Source of the DNA: a virus
Virus record (IMG/VR): IMGVR_UViG_3300023179_000072
Location: 1 to 64,000 of that record
Length of the DNA stretch: 64,000 nt
Strand: one strand, 5' to 3'
Positions 1 to 10,686 of this stretch are shown here, one piece after another. The notes below the pieces were generated by a model. The model made no database searches. It was not told where the DNA came from and worked only from the letters and a program-made list of their open reading frames with translations. The position numbers were made by a program, and so were the translations under genes. Position 1 is the first letter of the stretch; every line of letters starts with the position of its first letter.

Positions 1-108
1 AAGCACTATACTTTCCCCATCCCATGTTATCATATAGGTCTTGCATACTTTCATCAAGAGTCTTTGGAGACATCCAATCAAATAAACTAAAGAAACCTTT
101 TAGAAAAC

Positions 109-294
109 TCATTTTGATCTTACTCCGCTACCAGCAATTAAGCCTGTTAGCCACAAGGTTGCTAAATACGTCCATATATTCATGGGAATATTAGTATGAA
201 ACAAAGTGTTAACTGCCCATATGGTTATAAATGGACAAACTATAACAAGTATAACTATAAAAATTAAGAACCAAACAAACATATCAGTTTTCAT
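109..294 (-). CDS. Small two-helix membrane protein
   Basis: Two hydrophobic segments; overlaps the stop of the upstream gene. Confidence 0.6.
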   Translation of the reverse strand: MKTDMFVWFLIFIVILVIVCPFITIWAVNTLFHTNIPMNIWTYLATLWLTGLIAGSGVRSK

Positions 295-928
295 TATTTT
301 CCTTTCTAATTTGATATAAATTTATGCCCTTTTTAATATTTTTAATAACTTTGATTACTTGTGCTACCAGAGGATCATAACAAGCATTGGATTGCTCTAT
401 GGTCATAATCATATCATCAGTTATCCGGTTGTCAAGATACTCTAAATCATGCTTTAATCCTTTTACAGCCCAAGTTCTCAAATGTAATTCATTTTTGAGT
501 TGAATATTTTCTTGTCTAGCATGATAGTCATTTTCAATCCATGGAAAATTTCTAGTTAGTTTTTGATAAAACTTTAGATTTTCTCTATGTCTTTTGTTGC
601 TGGTTTGAAGTTTCTTAATCTTTTTTTCTAGTCGTTGAATTCTAATTTGTTCCGGTGATGGTATTGAATAATTTTTCTCATCTTTTTTGTCAGGAAAAAC
701 GGGCCATTCTAATGCTAGTTCACTTAAAAGATCATATGGTTTTTTGTGAATTATATCGGAATAAAAGGGGTCTTGATCTGATCCGGTAATTTTATGATAT
801 TTCTGAGGCCAAACTTTCCACAATTCATTCATTATAATTTGACCATACCTTAATCTTTCAGATTCAGGTTTATCTCCTTGGTCTGCATATATTTTATCAA
901 TATTATCAAGAAATTTTTTATATGTCAT
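284..928 (-). CDS. Hypothetical protein; N-terminal 'RYGQ-IMN-L-VWP-KY' paralog domain plus coiled coil
   Basis: N-terminus aligns by eye with 5122..5367 and 12035..12256. Confidence 0.75.
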   Translation of the reverse strand: MTYKKFLDNIDKIYADQGDKPESERLRYGQIIMNELWKVWPQKYHKITGSDQDPFYSDIIHKKPYDLLSELALEWPVFPDKKDEKNYSIPSPEQIRIQRLEKKIKKLQTSNKRHRENLKFYQKLTRNFPWIENDYHARQENIQLKNELHLRTWAVKGLKHDLEYLDNRITDDMIMTIEQSNACYDPLVAQVIKVIKNIKKGINLYQIRKENNEN

Positions 929-1380
929 TTGAATTACTATTAAAAAATGTTTCGTTACCTAAAAAACCTAGTATAAATCCCATAGAAAGCATTGCTGCAA
1001 ATGGATCATTCCAATATAAACAAGAAAGTATAAAAATACTAGCAGCACTATATGCTACAATAAGTTTTTGAATTTGTGATTTCGTCATTTGCCCAAAAAT
1101 CTTTCCTCTAAAAACATAAAATATCCATTATAAAATACTCTGCACATTATATTTAATAGTTCTTCATCATTTTGTGCGTTCTTGATACTGTATAGTAAAT
1201 ATTCTCTTTTTCTAGAAAATTTTGGACTACTCCAATCTATTTCATCTAAAAAAGTTTCAAATTTTTCTCTAATGCTCTTACTCATACTAAAATCCTTAAT
1301 AGGCAGGTGCGGTATGTCTGTTCGTTTCTGCGACGTATCTACAGTTCCCATGCTCCTTTTACTTTCCTTACCTAATAGGA

Positions 1381-1860
1381 TTATTTTCCTACCTTAACTA
1401 TTTCAAACCCCCAACCCAAAAATCTAAAATTAAAACCCTTCCCCCAATCATATGTATAATAATATAACTCCGTTGTTAGATCAAGACTCACGCCATAGCA
1501 ATATAAATCATCAGACGGATGCCAATTAATATCCATCTTAGGACGTTTGTAGAATAAGAAATTAAAAGGATGAAACCATTTTATTTCTAAATTATCAAAC
1601 CATTGAGGTTTCGCCAAATCCGCAAAATATTGATTCTCACACTCCGCACTACAAACCCAAACTCCATTATTCAATTCCCACCCATTATTGTGTTCGACTA
1701 CGGGACAAAAATAACTATCATTCACGCTAGTTTCTCTTTCACAAGCATAAATAGTATCTCCACAAACAACGCACCTTTGAGTAAGAGCATTTGGATCGCA
1801 GCATTTGTTATCAGTGTCCATAGTCTGTGTCTGTATAAATCTCTGGATGTTTATTTTCAA
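1381..1860 (-). CDS. Hypothetical protein with Cys-rich (zinc-finger-like) N-terminus
   Basis: CVVCG and CSAEC motifs. Confidence 0.6.
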   Translation of the reverse strand: MKINIQRFIQTQTMDTDNKCCDPNALTQRCVVCGDTIYACERETSVNDSYFCPVVEHNNGWELNNGVWVCSAECENQYFADLAKPQWFDNLEIKWFHPFNFLFYKRPKMDINWHPSDDLYCYGVSLDLTTELYYYTYDWGKGFNFRFLGWGFEIVKVGK

Positions 1861-2010
1861 GAATCTCTGAATCGTCCTCTATACCACAATGATACAATGC
1901 GTATTGGTAAAATGCAAGACCCTCAAATTTGCTTTCCGGCCATTTCCCATAAGTTTTGTCATAATCTACAACTATAGAGCGTAGTTTATCTAAAAATTCA
2001 TGAGTATACA

Positions 2011-2346
2011 TCATAACACTTCTGTAAGAATTCTCCAACTTTTAAGTTTTAATCCCTCGTTAATAATTTCTATTGGTTTACCCTTCAGTTCGTCAATAGT
2101 TTTAACCTTAGCATCTTTGAGTAATTGATTGATCTTTTTTATCATTGCTACTCTTTGATTTGAGCGATCTTCTTCTGTCCATTTAGTATATTTATCAACC
2201 CAAATATCTTCACTCCATCCACCATCAATAAAGTCCACACATCCTTTTCCATCAAAACTTAATACAAAAGTAACACCAAATTGCATATCTTGGTATCCTC
2301 CATATCCAAAATAAACACTCTCGATTTTACCAAGTTCTTTTGTCAT
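2011..2346 (-). CDS. Conserved-looking phage hypothetical protein
   Basis: 111-aa ORF in an operon-like run. Confidence 0.7.
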   Translation of the reverse strand: MTKELGKIESVYFGYGGYQDMQFGVTFVLSFDGKGCVDFIDGGWSEDIWVDKYTKWTEEDRSNQRVAMIKKINQLLKDAKVKTIDELKGKPIEIINEGLKLKSWRILTEVL

Positions 2347-2349
2347 ATA

Positions 2350-2553
2350 TTATTTATCTGTTTGAGAATTCCACTTAAATTCAACTTTTCCTGTATCATC
2401 CACTATCACCCAATGGGCCGCTTTATTTATAACGGCTTGTTGTTTAACTTGATAATCTGTTAAACGTGTTCCACAAATATAACCCCAACAGAAACCGGAA
2501 AATAAGAGTAAAATTGCTGGTATGAAAAACCGATTATCATTATGATCTATCAT
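2350..2553 (-). CDS. Membrane-anchored small protein (paralog of 2555..2749)
   Basis: TM helix followed by KQQAVINKAAHW..GKVEFKWNS. Confidence 0.7.
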   Translation of the reverse strand: MIDHNDNRFFIPAILLLFSGFCWGYICGTRLTDYQVKQQAVINKAAHWVIVDDTGKVEFKWNSQTDK

Positions 2554-2554
2554 A

Positions 2555-2749
2555 TTATTGTTGTCCTATAGAATTCCACTCAAATTCTACTGTTCCATCT
2601 TCATTAAGAGTCCAATGTGCGGCTTTATGTTCAATCGCTTGTTTTTTAAACTCTTGCGATGTTATATGATTGCCCAATAAGACGCCTAACACCAAAAAAC
2701 ATAAACACATAACAGCACAAATACATCCAGCACCTTCATGTTCATACAT
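2555..2749 (-). CDS. Membrane-anchored small protein (paralog of 2350..2553)
   Basis: TM helix followed by KKQAIEHKAAHW..GTVEFEWNS. Confidence 0.7.
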   Translation of the reverse strand: MYEHEGAGCICAVMCLCFLVLGVLLGNHITSQEFKKQAIEHKAAHWTLNEDGTVEFEWNSIGQQ

Positions 2750-2754
2750 ATCGT

Positions 2755-3777
2755 TTACTCTTTCAGTAAAAAATCATTGTTTATGGCTTTGAAACTAATT
2801 TCTCCACATATACTACGAATAACAATTCCCTCACGATCCTGAGAATCTTTCGCAGAAGGGAAGTGGGTTTTATATTTGCCTTTCGCCATTTCTAGTAGAT
2901 CGGTCTTAGTATAACTGAAACTTGAGCCTTTGTCAACTATTGGCACAAATTTGAGTCCTAGACTCTCTACTATTCTTTGAGAATCATCCAAACATAATTT
3001 ATGATTAGTGTCAATATTTACCACATTAAAAACAAATAAGTCGTGGTCTGATAATCCAAGGGGATTTTTTTGGATTCCCGGCCCAGCACATTCTGCTTGA
3101 AGTGCTATTCTATGTCCTTTATTCCAGTAGTCCCTTAAACCCTGTTCAATATTATATTTCCTGCTCAATACCCAAAATTTATGATGTTCACTTTCCTTAT
3201 AGCTATAATTACGCCCACAAACATGATAAGTTTCATCTTTAGGATCAATTAAAAACGTACTAGAGGTTCCATCTAATTTAAGACTAATATAGTAAGGCTG
3301 TCCAGTTAATCTTTCAATAAATCCATACTCATCATCTAATTGAACCCGCGTTTCATCTGTTTTACTTATGGGCCATATGAATTTCTTAGCATCTCCAGAT
3401 ATAGAAGTTGGGATGGGAGGATCATATTTTTCAATACCTAATAATTCAGTAACATCAGAGCCAATACTCAATCCTGTTAGATTAGGAAAGACACTTGTGG
3501 GCAATGCCAAGCCCTGACTAAGCTGCTTTTTTAATTTACAGCTTTTCAAGCGATACTTTTTCAGACTATCATTCCAACAACTCTTACGAAGAAATTCAAA
3601 CTCTGGAATTTCTGGAAGTAGACTATCAATCTCAAAAAATACACAAGTATCACCGGGTTGAAATTCACCCTTTTTACTTACAACTTCCCAACCTAAAACA
3701 CCAACAGTTTCTATACTGTCTGCATCTGGTATGGGTTTAACGTATTTAACGGTTTGTATGCTTGCTAATTTTCTCAT
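2755..3777 (-). CDS. ATP-dependent RNA ligase, DRB0094/Rnl5-type
   Basis: N-terminal MRKLASIQ..IPDAD..FEIDS OB domain, adenylation motif KLDGTS, GPGIQKN, REGIVIR, SFKAINNDFLL. Confidence 0.92.
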   Translation of the reverse strand: MRKLASIQTVKYVKPIPDADSIETVGVLGWEVVSKKGEFQPGDTCVFFEIDSLLPEIPEFEFLRKSCWNDSLKKYRLKSCKLKKQLSQGLALPTSVFPNLTGLSIGSDVTELLGIEKYDPPIPTSISGDAKKFIWPISKTDETRVQLDDEYGFIERLTGQPYYISLKLDGTSSTFLIDPKDETYHVCGRNYSYKESEHHKFWVLSRKYNIEQGLRDYWNKGHRIALQAECAGPGIQKNPLGLSDHDLFVFNVVNIDTNHKLCLDDSQRIVESLGLKFVPIVDKGSSFSYTKTDLLEMAKGKYKTHFPSAKDSQDREGIVIRSICGEISFKAINNDFLLKE

Positions 3778-3778
3778 T

Positions 3779-4066
3779 TTATGTTATTCCTACGATCCAG
3801 CCGGGACTGTCATCAATCCATATATCAACAACTATATTTTGTCTTTTTATAAAGTCTGCCTTGGGTTCATCATAAGAAAAATATGTTTCTATACCTTCTG
3901 GTAGAGATTTCATAAGTTCTTGACGATGTTCTAGAATATTTCGTCGTGCCGTAATACAAATAATATTATGACCATGATCTCGTGCTAATCTTATTACCTT
4001 GTCCCAAAATGGAGGATCGGCAGTATATGTATCGTCATAATCTATAGCGATTGTGAGTTTATTCAT
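3779..4066 (-). CDS. Small HAD-superfamily hydrolase
   Basis: IDYDDT motif I, ITAR motif II, K, WIDD motif IV. Confidence 0.8.
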   Translation of the reverse strand: MNKLTIAIDYDDTYTADPPFWDKVIRLARDHGHNIICITARRNILEHRQELMKSLPEGIETYFSYDEPKADFIKRQNIVVDIWIDDSPGWIVGIT

Positions 4067-4242
4067 TTAGTTTTTAATTGTTCTAAGTATTTTACTCTTG
4101 TGTCTTTTAAATATGCTTCAGCAATGTCAAATAAATATTCATAATCATCATTACCAGCCTTTTTTATTAAAATAAGGTTTCCAATAGCAGCATCTAGATA
4201 ATCCTGCCAAGAATCTCCTTGTTTAAGTGTAAAATATCCCAT
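4063..4242 (-). CDS. Hypothetical protein
   Basis: Start moved to MGYFTL, immediately after the upstream stop. Confidence 0.55.
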   Translation of the reverse strand: MGYFTLKQGDSWQDYLDAAIGNLILIKKAGNDDYEYLFDIAEAYLKDTRVKYLEQLKTK

Positions 4243-4243
4243 A

Positions 4244-4621
4244 TTATTGTAAACCCTTATCAATAGCGTCCCAATCAATATCACTATTATGATTGTAAAA
4301 TTGATGCTTACAATCTTTGATGCCACCAGATAGTTGTTGAGTAGATGGTGATCGATTATTGCACCATACAACATAAGGCTGTGGATGATTAGGTGGTGGT
4401 GATGTTGGAGACAAAGGAGATTGTGGATTATTAGGCCATGTTATCGAAGGAGGATTATTATCTTTCGGAATATATGGTTGAAAATATCGTAGTTGATCTA
4501 CTTTGGCGTTTAATTCTTTTATTTGTTGTTCAAGATTAAGAATCATTTGCTTGAGAACAGCCAATGACTGGTGTACATTATTTGTTTTCTTTTTACTAGG
4601 CTTTTTACTTTTCTTTTTCAT
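4244..4621 (-). CDS. Lys-rich/coiled-coil/Pro-rich protein (paralog of 4618..4902)
   Basis: MKKK..LE-xIKEL-A...LRY-Q shared with the neighbour. Confidence 0.65.
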   Translation of the reverse strand: MKKKSKKPSKKKTNNVHQSLAVLKQMILNLEQQIKELNAKVDQLRYFQPYIPKDNNPPSITWPNNPQSPLSPTSPPPNHPQPYVVWCNNRSPSTQQLSGGIKDCKHQFYNHNSDIDWDAIDKGLQ

Positions 4622-4902
4622 TGCGCTTTCTCGTAATGAGTTTTTGAGTGTTGTTCTTTAGACATTGTTGTTGTATTTTGCCAAATCATAGGCTGATCTG
4701 TACTAGGCCATGCCGGTTTAAACCAAGGATCAGGACATTTCTTTGAATCTATCTTAACATCTTTAAAACGAGATTGACTGTATCTTAATTGTTCAATTTG
4801 AGCAACTAATTCTTTGATTACTCTTTCAAGATTAACTAGTGACTCTAATATAACATCAATCTTTTGTTTACTCTTAGTTTGTTTCTTTATCTTCTTTTTC
4901 AT
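4618..4902 (-). CDS. Lys-rich/coiled-coil protein (paralog of 4244..4621)
   Basis: Tandem paralog with ATGA overlap. Confidence 0.65.
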   Translation of the reverse strand: MKKKIKKQTKSKQKIDVILESLVNLERVIKELVAQIEQLRYSQSRFKDVKIDSKKCPDPWFKPAWPSTDQPMIWQNTTTMSKEQHSKTHYEKAQ

Positions 4903-5121
4903 AAGTATATGCCTTTATAATAGGTATAAATTGATCTATAGTTTCTCCAACAGAATCTTTAGATCTTCCATATTCAATAAATAACCAACCATTCCATCAT
5001 GACCATACTGATAATTTAGTAGGAGAAAAATCAGCAATTCTAAATAATCTATCTCTATACTCTACTATACAGGAGATAAGAATATCACCATCAGTACGAG
5101 AACGTCTTTCATTTATAATTT

Positions 5122-5367
5122 TTATTGAGACCATTCCTGTTCTAATTTATCGAGTGTTAGTTTTACTAACCCATTAGTATAAAAACAATCAAAGTCAGTA
5201 TTGGTTATTTCTTTATATTTTTCAGGCCAAACTTCCCACAAAACATTCATTATTGTTTGACCATATCTCCATTGATTTACTGCTTTGATTTTACCATTTG
5301 ATCTTGCTGCTTGATGGCTCAAGAATGTATCGTCTACTTTTTTTAGAAATTCATCGAATGTAATCAT
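5122..5367 (-). CDS. 'RYGQ' family small protein
   Basis: WRYGQTIMNVLWEVWPEKY..DCFY. Confidence 0.75.
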   Translation of the reverse strand: MITFDEFLKKVDDTFLSHQAARSNGKIKAVNQWRYGQTIMNVLWEVWPEKYKEITNTDFDCFYTNGLVKLTLDKLEQEWSQ

Positions 5368-5666
5368 CAGACTTCCAGTATTTCGGCAATTCCTTCCAAC
5401 ACGCTTTGTCTAACACCCTTGCTCATATTACTTAATAGAATATGATTCTTAAAAAAATCTTCGCCTTTTGTTTTTACAATAACACCAAAAACATTTCTTG
5501 TCCATCCACTACTTAATGAGCGAACATCTTTAAAATCAACCTCTACATTAAAACCAAGATCTATTTCATCAAGTATAGACTTACGCAATTCAGCAGCAAG
5601 TTTTGTGCTACTTAAATCGCTACCATACATTTCTTTAATTTCATAATAAATTAACGGACCCTTCAT
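5367..5666 (-). CDS. STAS-like domain protein (DUF4325-like)
   Basis: G-x-LS-x..A-xLR, VEVDFKDVRSLSSGW..FG pattern. Confidence 0.7.
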   Translation of the reverse strand: MKGPLIYYEIKEMYGSDLSSTKLAAELRKSILDEIDLGFNVEVDFKDVRSLSSGWTRNVFGVIVKTKGEDFFKNHILLSNMSKGVRQSVLEGIAEILEV

Positions 5667-6070
5667 AGGCTCTCCATGTTTTTTTCTATAAGATTAGCGA
5701 TAGTCTTAAAAGACTTACCAGTATCATTTAAATCAGCAAGACAATATTTATCAATACCATAACGACGATCTTCTATCTCAAATCGTCCAATAGAATCATT
5801 AATTCCAGCCCACTTCATAACAATCGCAGGAAGTTCACCTTCTTTTCTATTGAAAGTAACACAATTAGTAGAGTGTTTGGTACAAACTTTAGTAGACAAA
5901 GTTTTTTTATGATTCTTTTTCATATTATCATTATACAATTCACATAGAACACCCAAGCAACAATGCTTGGCTTGCCCATTATAGTTTACTTGTTTAAGAT
6001 AGAGTTGTCCCTGTTTATATTTTTTGCTCCTAAGAGCCTTGATCCACTTCTTAGCAATATCTTTTTTCAT
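5663..6070 (-). CDS. Phage hypothetical protein (KWxxALRS..CCLGVLC..ND..F..IA family)
   Basis: Recognisable phage family motif. Confidence 0.75.
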   Translation of the reverse strand: MKKDIAKKWIKALRSKKYKQGQLYLKQVNYNGQAKHCCLGVLCELYNDNMKKNHKKTLSTKVCTKHSTNCVTFNRKEGELPAIVMKWAGINDSIGRFEIEDRRYGIDKYCLADLNDTGKSFKTIANLIEKNMESL

Positions 6071-6259
6071 TGTCTATTAGCCTTTCTTGCCGGATCACGC
6101 CTTTTCGGCTTATTATGATGAGTAACCTTAATAGTTTGTTCAAAAGTATACGGATATATATTATTGATTCTCATCGTTGGAATATTAGTTTCAGCATATC
6201 CAAAACCTTCTATCCATTTTGCTGTATCATTTATAATTCAACTACAAAAATTTGTCCAC

Positions 6260-6703
6260 TCACCCATATTGTGTCCATTTCCTTTCAGAAATAATATCCT
6301 TAAACTTTTCTCCAGCAGGAGTTAGTTGCACCATTCCATCAACACAGAAAATACAACCATCCTTATCGCCGGGATTATCATATCTATCACCACCTTCTTC
6401 ATCATAGTGGTCAAAATACAAAGAAAGTCCAGTCTTTTGATTGAAAGCGTTTTTTAGAGAAGTTACAAGTTTGTCATAGGTTTCAAAAACATTCTCTGCT
6501 ATTTGTTCATCAACAACAATTTCATAAATTGCATCAATAACATAGTCCGAATCATCCCAACTTAACCATTTTCCAATATTTCCCCAACCAATATCTTTAA
6601 AATACTTAGCCTTCTCAATAGCCTTGATTTCGTCTGGACAAATTTTCTTCAAATCTTTGTATTCAATAACAAAAGACCCAACCGCAAAACTGCCCATTCC
6701 CAT
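6260..6703 (-). CDS. Hypothetical protein
   Basis: Start at MGMG after GGAGA RBS; sigma70-like promoter near 6720-6760. Confidence 0.75.
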   Translation of the reverse strand: MGMGSFAVGSFVIEYKDLKKICPDEIKAIEKAKYFKDIGWGNIGKWLSWDDSDYVIDAIYEIVVDEQIAENVFETYDKLVTSLKNAFNQKTGLSLYFDHYDEEGGDRYDNPGDKDGCIFCVDGMVQLTPAGEKFKDIISERKWTQYG

Positions 6704-6769
6704 GATTTGTTTTCTCCAAAGGTATAGCACCAGTCTACCACAATATCGTCTTGTGTCAACAGACAATTT

Positions 6770-6805
6770 AAAAGAAAGTGGCGAGAGTGTTTAATTCCCG
6801 CCACC
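6770..6805 (-). terminator. Intrinsic terminator after hsp20
   Basis: GTGGCGGGA..TCTCGCCAC hairpin followed by TTTCTTTT. Confidence 0.75.
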
Positions 6806-6831
6806 GATTCTTTTGTTTTTTATTAAGTGAG

Positions 6832-7320
6832 TTATTCAATAGTCAACTTCTTAACCTTTTGTATTTGTGCAGGAACTTTTTGCAAACCAAACTTTACTCG
6901 CAAAATACCATCTTTCAAAGAAAGAGTCGGATCTTTATCATTAATATCTTCTGGCAATCGTACAACACGCCTAAATTCTTGGCCACTCAATTCTTTGATT
7001 GCGTAATTATCATTTTTAGACATATAATCTTCATGCAAAAATCCACCAACAGTAATCAATCGACCATGTTCATCCTCTGTCAATTCAACAATCAAATCTT
7101 CCTTAGCAACACCCGGAACACTATATTGAAGAATCCAAGAATCTTCAGTTTTAATAGCATCCATCAAAGGATAGCCTCTACCCTTTTTACTCAATCCGCT
7201 AAAAAAATCATGCCCAAAAATATTATTCATAGCATGATCTAATTCTTTGCTAATCTCAGAAAAAAGATCAACTCTACGAGGGGCAAGATAACCATTACGA
7301 GAAGGCAATGTCATATTCAT
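6832..7320 (-). CDS. Small heat-shock protein (Hsp20/alpha-crystallin)
   Basis: YPLMD..VPGVAKEDL..F-RxVxLP..LKDGILRV; GGAGG RBS. Confidence 0.92.
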   Translation of the reverse strand: MNMTLPSRNGYLAPRRVDLFSEISKELDHAMNNIFGHDFFSGLSKKGRGYPLMDAIKTEDSWILQYSVPGVAKEDLIVELTEDEHGRLITVGGFLHEDYMSKNDNYAIKELSGQEFRRVVRLPEDINDKDPTLSLKDGILRVKFGLQKVPAQIQKVKKLTIE

Positions 7321-7434
7321 AATAACCTCCATTACAAACTATAACCATAGTTTATTATGTAAATTAGCCCATATTCATGGCACTAAATAGATCACACGAT
7401 CTACATTTGTATAGTATATATTGGATTTTGGTTG

Positions 7435-7716
7435 TCAAGATCCCTTGTAATATTTTTCACATCGTTTAACAAATTCTGGAAGCATCTTGCGAAGATTGTG
7501 TGGAGTCTTAGTGAAAGTTTCGTAATTTTCACTTTCGCATCTTCCAAGAGCAATCTTCAATCCCATACTCTTATCAAAAGTATCACTCTTGCGACACATA
7601 GAATAACCGATATGAAAATTGCCATTATTTCCCTTCTTAACAGCAACCAACATACCCATAGGCTTTCGCTTCTTATCACGAAGATAACTAACAAGAGTAA
7701 ACGGTGGAATAGTCAT
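7435..7716 (-). CDS. Phage hypothetical protein (C-xxxD-xF-xKxxG-xxIALGR)
   Basis: 93-aa ORF with a recurrent phage motif. Confidence 0.7.
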   Translation of the reverse strand: MTIPPFTLVSYLRDKKRKPMGMLVAVKKGNNGNFHIGYSMCRKSDTFDKSMGLKIALGRCESENYETFTKTPHNLRKMLPEFVKRCEKYYKGS

Positions 7717-7718
7717 AT

Positions 7719-7907
7719 TTAATTCTCCAAATAAGTGTTGATAAAATCGGCCAAACCTTTGAGTTTTTCTTTAGACATTTTTGCTGTGATAATATCCCAT
7801 GAAATAACATTGCTCATGGTAAAATGATATTGATTGTTAACAAATTTTTCTATATCAAAACGATAAACATCACTTTTATAAGAATCTTTTTCTACAAGAT
7901 TAGTCAT
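7719..7907 (-). CDS. 'LKGLADFI' family protein (paralog of 22193..22387)
   Basis: KDSYK-DV-RFD..ISW..LKGLADFIN-YLE. Confidence 0.75.
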   Translation of the reverse strand: MTNLVEKDSYKSDVYRFDIEKFVNNQYHFTMSNVISWDIITAKMSKEKLKGLADFINTYLEN

Positions 7908-8289
7908 TGATATTTTCCTTCATCCATTTTCTACTATCTCTAAGATATTGAATGATATAATTTGCAGCATTATTAATGCTGTTATTAGCAGAATAGTAGG
8001 CATGAAGCATATGTTTAATTGTCATTTTTTCAGCATCATTTAAAGATTCATTAACCAAGTCATTAGATTCACCATATTCATGGTCAATATAATCTGCTAC
8101 TTTAGCGGTAAAATCTTGCAAAGTATAAATATTTGAGTCCACAAGTATTTCCTTCGTGATAGATAGCATCGTACCACTACTATCGGTTGCTGTCAACTGG
8201 AACTTTACAGTTTTTTTGTAAATATGATACCTTTTGTTTTTGGGGGCTGGAATGGGTTGATCAAATTTTGTAATATTACTTACAACCAA
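7900..8289 (-). CDS. Mosaic ORF: ASCH C-terminal relic fused to a paralog of 22973..23233
   Basis: VVSNITKFDQP matches the ASCH gene tail; VADYIDHEYG matches the 22973 protein. Confidence 0.55.
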   Translation of the reverse strand: MVVSNITKFDQPIPAPKNKRYHIYKKTVKFQLTATDSSGTMLSITKEILVDSNIYTLQDFTAKVADYIDHEYGESNDLVNESLNDAEKMTIKHMLHAYYSANNSINNAANYIIQYLRDSRKWMKENIND

Positions 8290-8477
8290 ACCGTACTTAT
8301 TTTTATCTGGATTCCAACTACAAAATTCATCAAATGTCTCCTACTGGGTTGGTGCTAGTATACCATGCTTATCGGCTATCGTCAAGTGTAGTCTTTAAAA
8401 AATCTCAGTCGGGCTTATTATCTTTCTTAAATAAAACAAATTAGTGATGCTCCATCCTACCCAAACTATTGTCATGG

Positions 8478-8768
8478 TTATTCTTCTTTTAAGAAGCCTT
8501 CATTTATTTTAACTCTAATACCATCGGTATGAAATATGCTAAAATCGGTTTGATATAATGGAAGATTAACTCCAATAACTTTTCTACTTTTATGACATCT
8601 TAGCAAACAAATATCCGCCCCTTCCCCCGGTATCCATTCACTATAAGTAGCAGCAGAAGTATCTAATACTAGTTCGATTCTATCGTTTTCTTTGTCTATC
8701 CATATACCAGCACATGCTTTATATTTTTTGCTTTCCTCTACAAAAGCATCCCAATCAAAATTTTCCAT
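8478..8768 (-). CDS. Hypothetical protein
   Basis: Start MENFDW after AAGGA. Confidence 0.65.
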   Translation of the reverse strand: MENFDWDAFVEESKKYKACAGIWIDKENDRIELVLDTSAATYSEWIPGEGADICLLRCHKSRKVIGVNLPLYQTDFSIFHTDGIRVKINEGFLKEE

Positions 8769-9025
8769 AGTCTTTTCCTTTTGTATTGAAAACCCGCCCG
8801 TAATTGAACTTTTGCGGTACTTAAACCAGCAGAGGTTTGGCGGGTGCCTATCTGCGATCAACTAGACAGAGGATGTTCATTCATCTCTAATTTTGGTATA
8901 TAATAATCCTGAGAGTTAAATGTTTGTAGCGGAACATTTATTATCCATCACTGTATTATAGCAAAAACCTGTGGGTTTGTCAACCGCTACTGACATTCTC
9001 ATGGGTTTTTTGTTTTAGGTGGCTT

Positions 9026-9403
9026 ATGGTTATTATTGTGAAAGAATGTAGTAAGTGTAAAGAACATAAAATTTTAGATTGTTTTTATAACGCAAAAAAT
9101 AAATTATTTAATAAAACTCCATACTGTAAAACTTGTAATTATTTAAGCGATATTGAATATAAAAAGAAAAATAAAAATAAAGTATATAAAAGACGTAAAA
9201 AATATAGAGAGAACAATAAAACTAAACTTAGTAAATATTTTAAAAAATATCTAAAAAAGATAAAATTCTTTAAATCTAAATCTCTTCTCCTGTATTATAG
9301 TCAATTACGGGCTTTTTACAAGCCTCTATCATTCTTTCTAAGTTCCACTGCAACCCCTCTAAATCATCAGATATTGGATGGGCCGAACTCTCAGAAATAT
9401 TAA
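9026..9403 (+). pseudogene. Truncated homing-endonuclease gene (zinc-finger/Lys-rich N-terminus, no HNH domain)
   Basis: KECSKC..K...F......CKTC then a basic helix; reading frame runs antisense into 9276..9512. Confidence 0.6.
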
Positions 9404-9512
9404 CAATGTCTCCATTCTCGTCATAATAAACCTCATGAATACCGTAACTAATATCAGTATCTCCAAGAGGAATTTTAGTTACAGTTTTTACTACTCTATA
9501 AGACCAAGACAT
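9276..9512 (-). CDS. Phage hypothetical protein (W-YRV..YGIHEVYYD family)
   Basis: Recognisable motif. Confidence 0.75.
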   Translation of the reverse strand: MSWSYRVVKTVTKIPLGDTDISYGIHEVYYDENGDIVNISESSAHPISDDLEGLQWNLERMIEACKKPVIDYNTGEEI

Positions 9513-9524
9513 AATTTAATCCTT

Positions 9525-10034
9525 TTAGGTTTTTAGACCCATTTTTTTCATCTCAAGTAATGCTTCAGCATTACCTATAGCATCATTTACCGGATTGTGG
9601 TCGTGAACTGTTTTTCTCAAATGTTTCCAAGATGATCTCATATCTAATTTCATACCACAAAATAAGTCACCTATTCTTCTGCCAGAATATCCAAAAGGAT
9701 TTTCTCCAATAAAATAATGAAAATAATAATTTATCCACTGCCAATCGTAACAAGGATTATCACTTATAAAAACGGGTTTGCCGTCACTATTTGTTTTTAG
9801 CCAATAACTAAATTTAACCATTATATCATATGGATCGTCAAAATTCTCGTGTTGTTCTCTAGAGAATCCGCTTATTTTTAATGTGTCTGGCTGATAATTT
9901 TTAGAAATAGGCTTTGTTTGTGCATAAAAAGTTTTGTTAAGATTTTCATCAAAAACTACTGCCCCAAAACAAATCATACTATATTCACAAGGAATAGGCC
10001 CATCGCTTTCAACATCAACAATGATAAGAGACAT
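9525..10034 (-). CDS. DEDDh 3'-5' exonuclease (Rv2179c-like exoribonuclease)
   Basis: VDVESDGP, YDWQWINYYF..NPFG, HNPVNDA. Confidence 0.88.
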   Translation of the reverse strand: MSLIIVDVESDGPIPCEYSMICFGAVVFDENLNKTFYAQTKPISKNYQPDTLKISGFSREQHENFDDPYDIMVKFSYWLKTNSDGKPVFISDNPCYDWQWINYYFHYFIGENPFGYSGRRIGDLFCGMKLDMRSSWKHLRKTVHDHNPVNDAIGNAEALLEMKKMGLKT

Positions 10035-10686
10035 TATTCTATCTCCGTAATACTCAAATATAATTCTGTTGTTAGAATCTCGATAGCAGATATTTCATCT
10101 TGTGAAAAAGTATCATCAAGAAACTGAGCAAATTCACCAACATCACCAATATGAGTTGGAGAACTAATGTCATTAGTATTTTTCCAGAACTTTAATTGTT
10201 GTTCTAGAAATTCTATAACTTTAAGTTGTTTAGTTGTTGGTTTCATTTTTAGAATCTTTGGACTGTTGAGAGAGAAAGACTAAATAGAGATTCGCAAGAT
10301 CATCAAGAGAATAGCCCTTATTATGTGGTATTCCCCAGGTTGTCTTATCTTTCATATTTTTGTGCATAAACGATAACGAGTCTAGAATCATTTCATAAAA
10401 ATATTTCTTCAGATTCTCTTGGTCTACACTTATCGCTCTAAGTGCGGACTGAATCTTATCATGGTTTATGCTCATATTATGACTTTCTTTTGGACAACTT
10501 TTTAGATTCCACAGTAGACTTATTCTTTTCATCTATTTCTGGCAATTCCAACTCATCAAACTGTGCTGATCTAATAGATTCCAGCATCTTATTCAGATTT
10601 TGTAGCCTCGTCACCAACTCCTGACCAACATTAGTTTGTTTATCGGTACTCATGACTCTTGTAGTTTAACAGAAATTTTTCTTTTG

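Noticed and set aside
7364-7387. CIRCE element upstream of hsp20
   Set aside because: The TTAG..CTAA palindrome does not match TTAGCACTC-N9-GAGTGCTAA in sequence or spacing.
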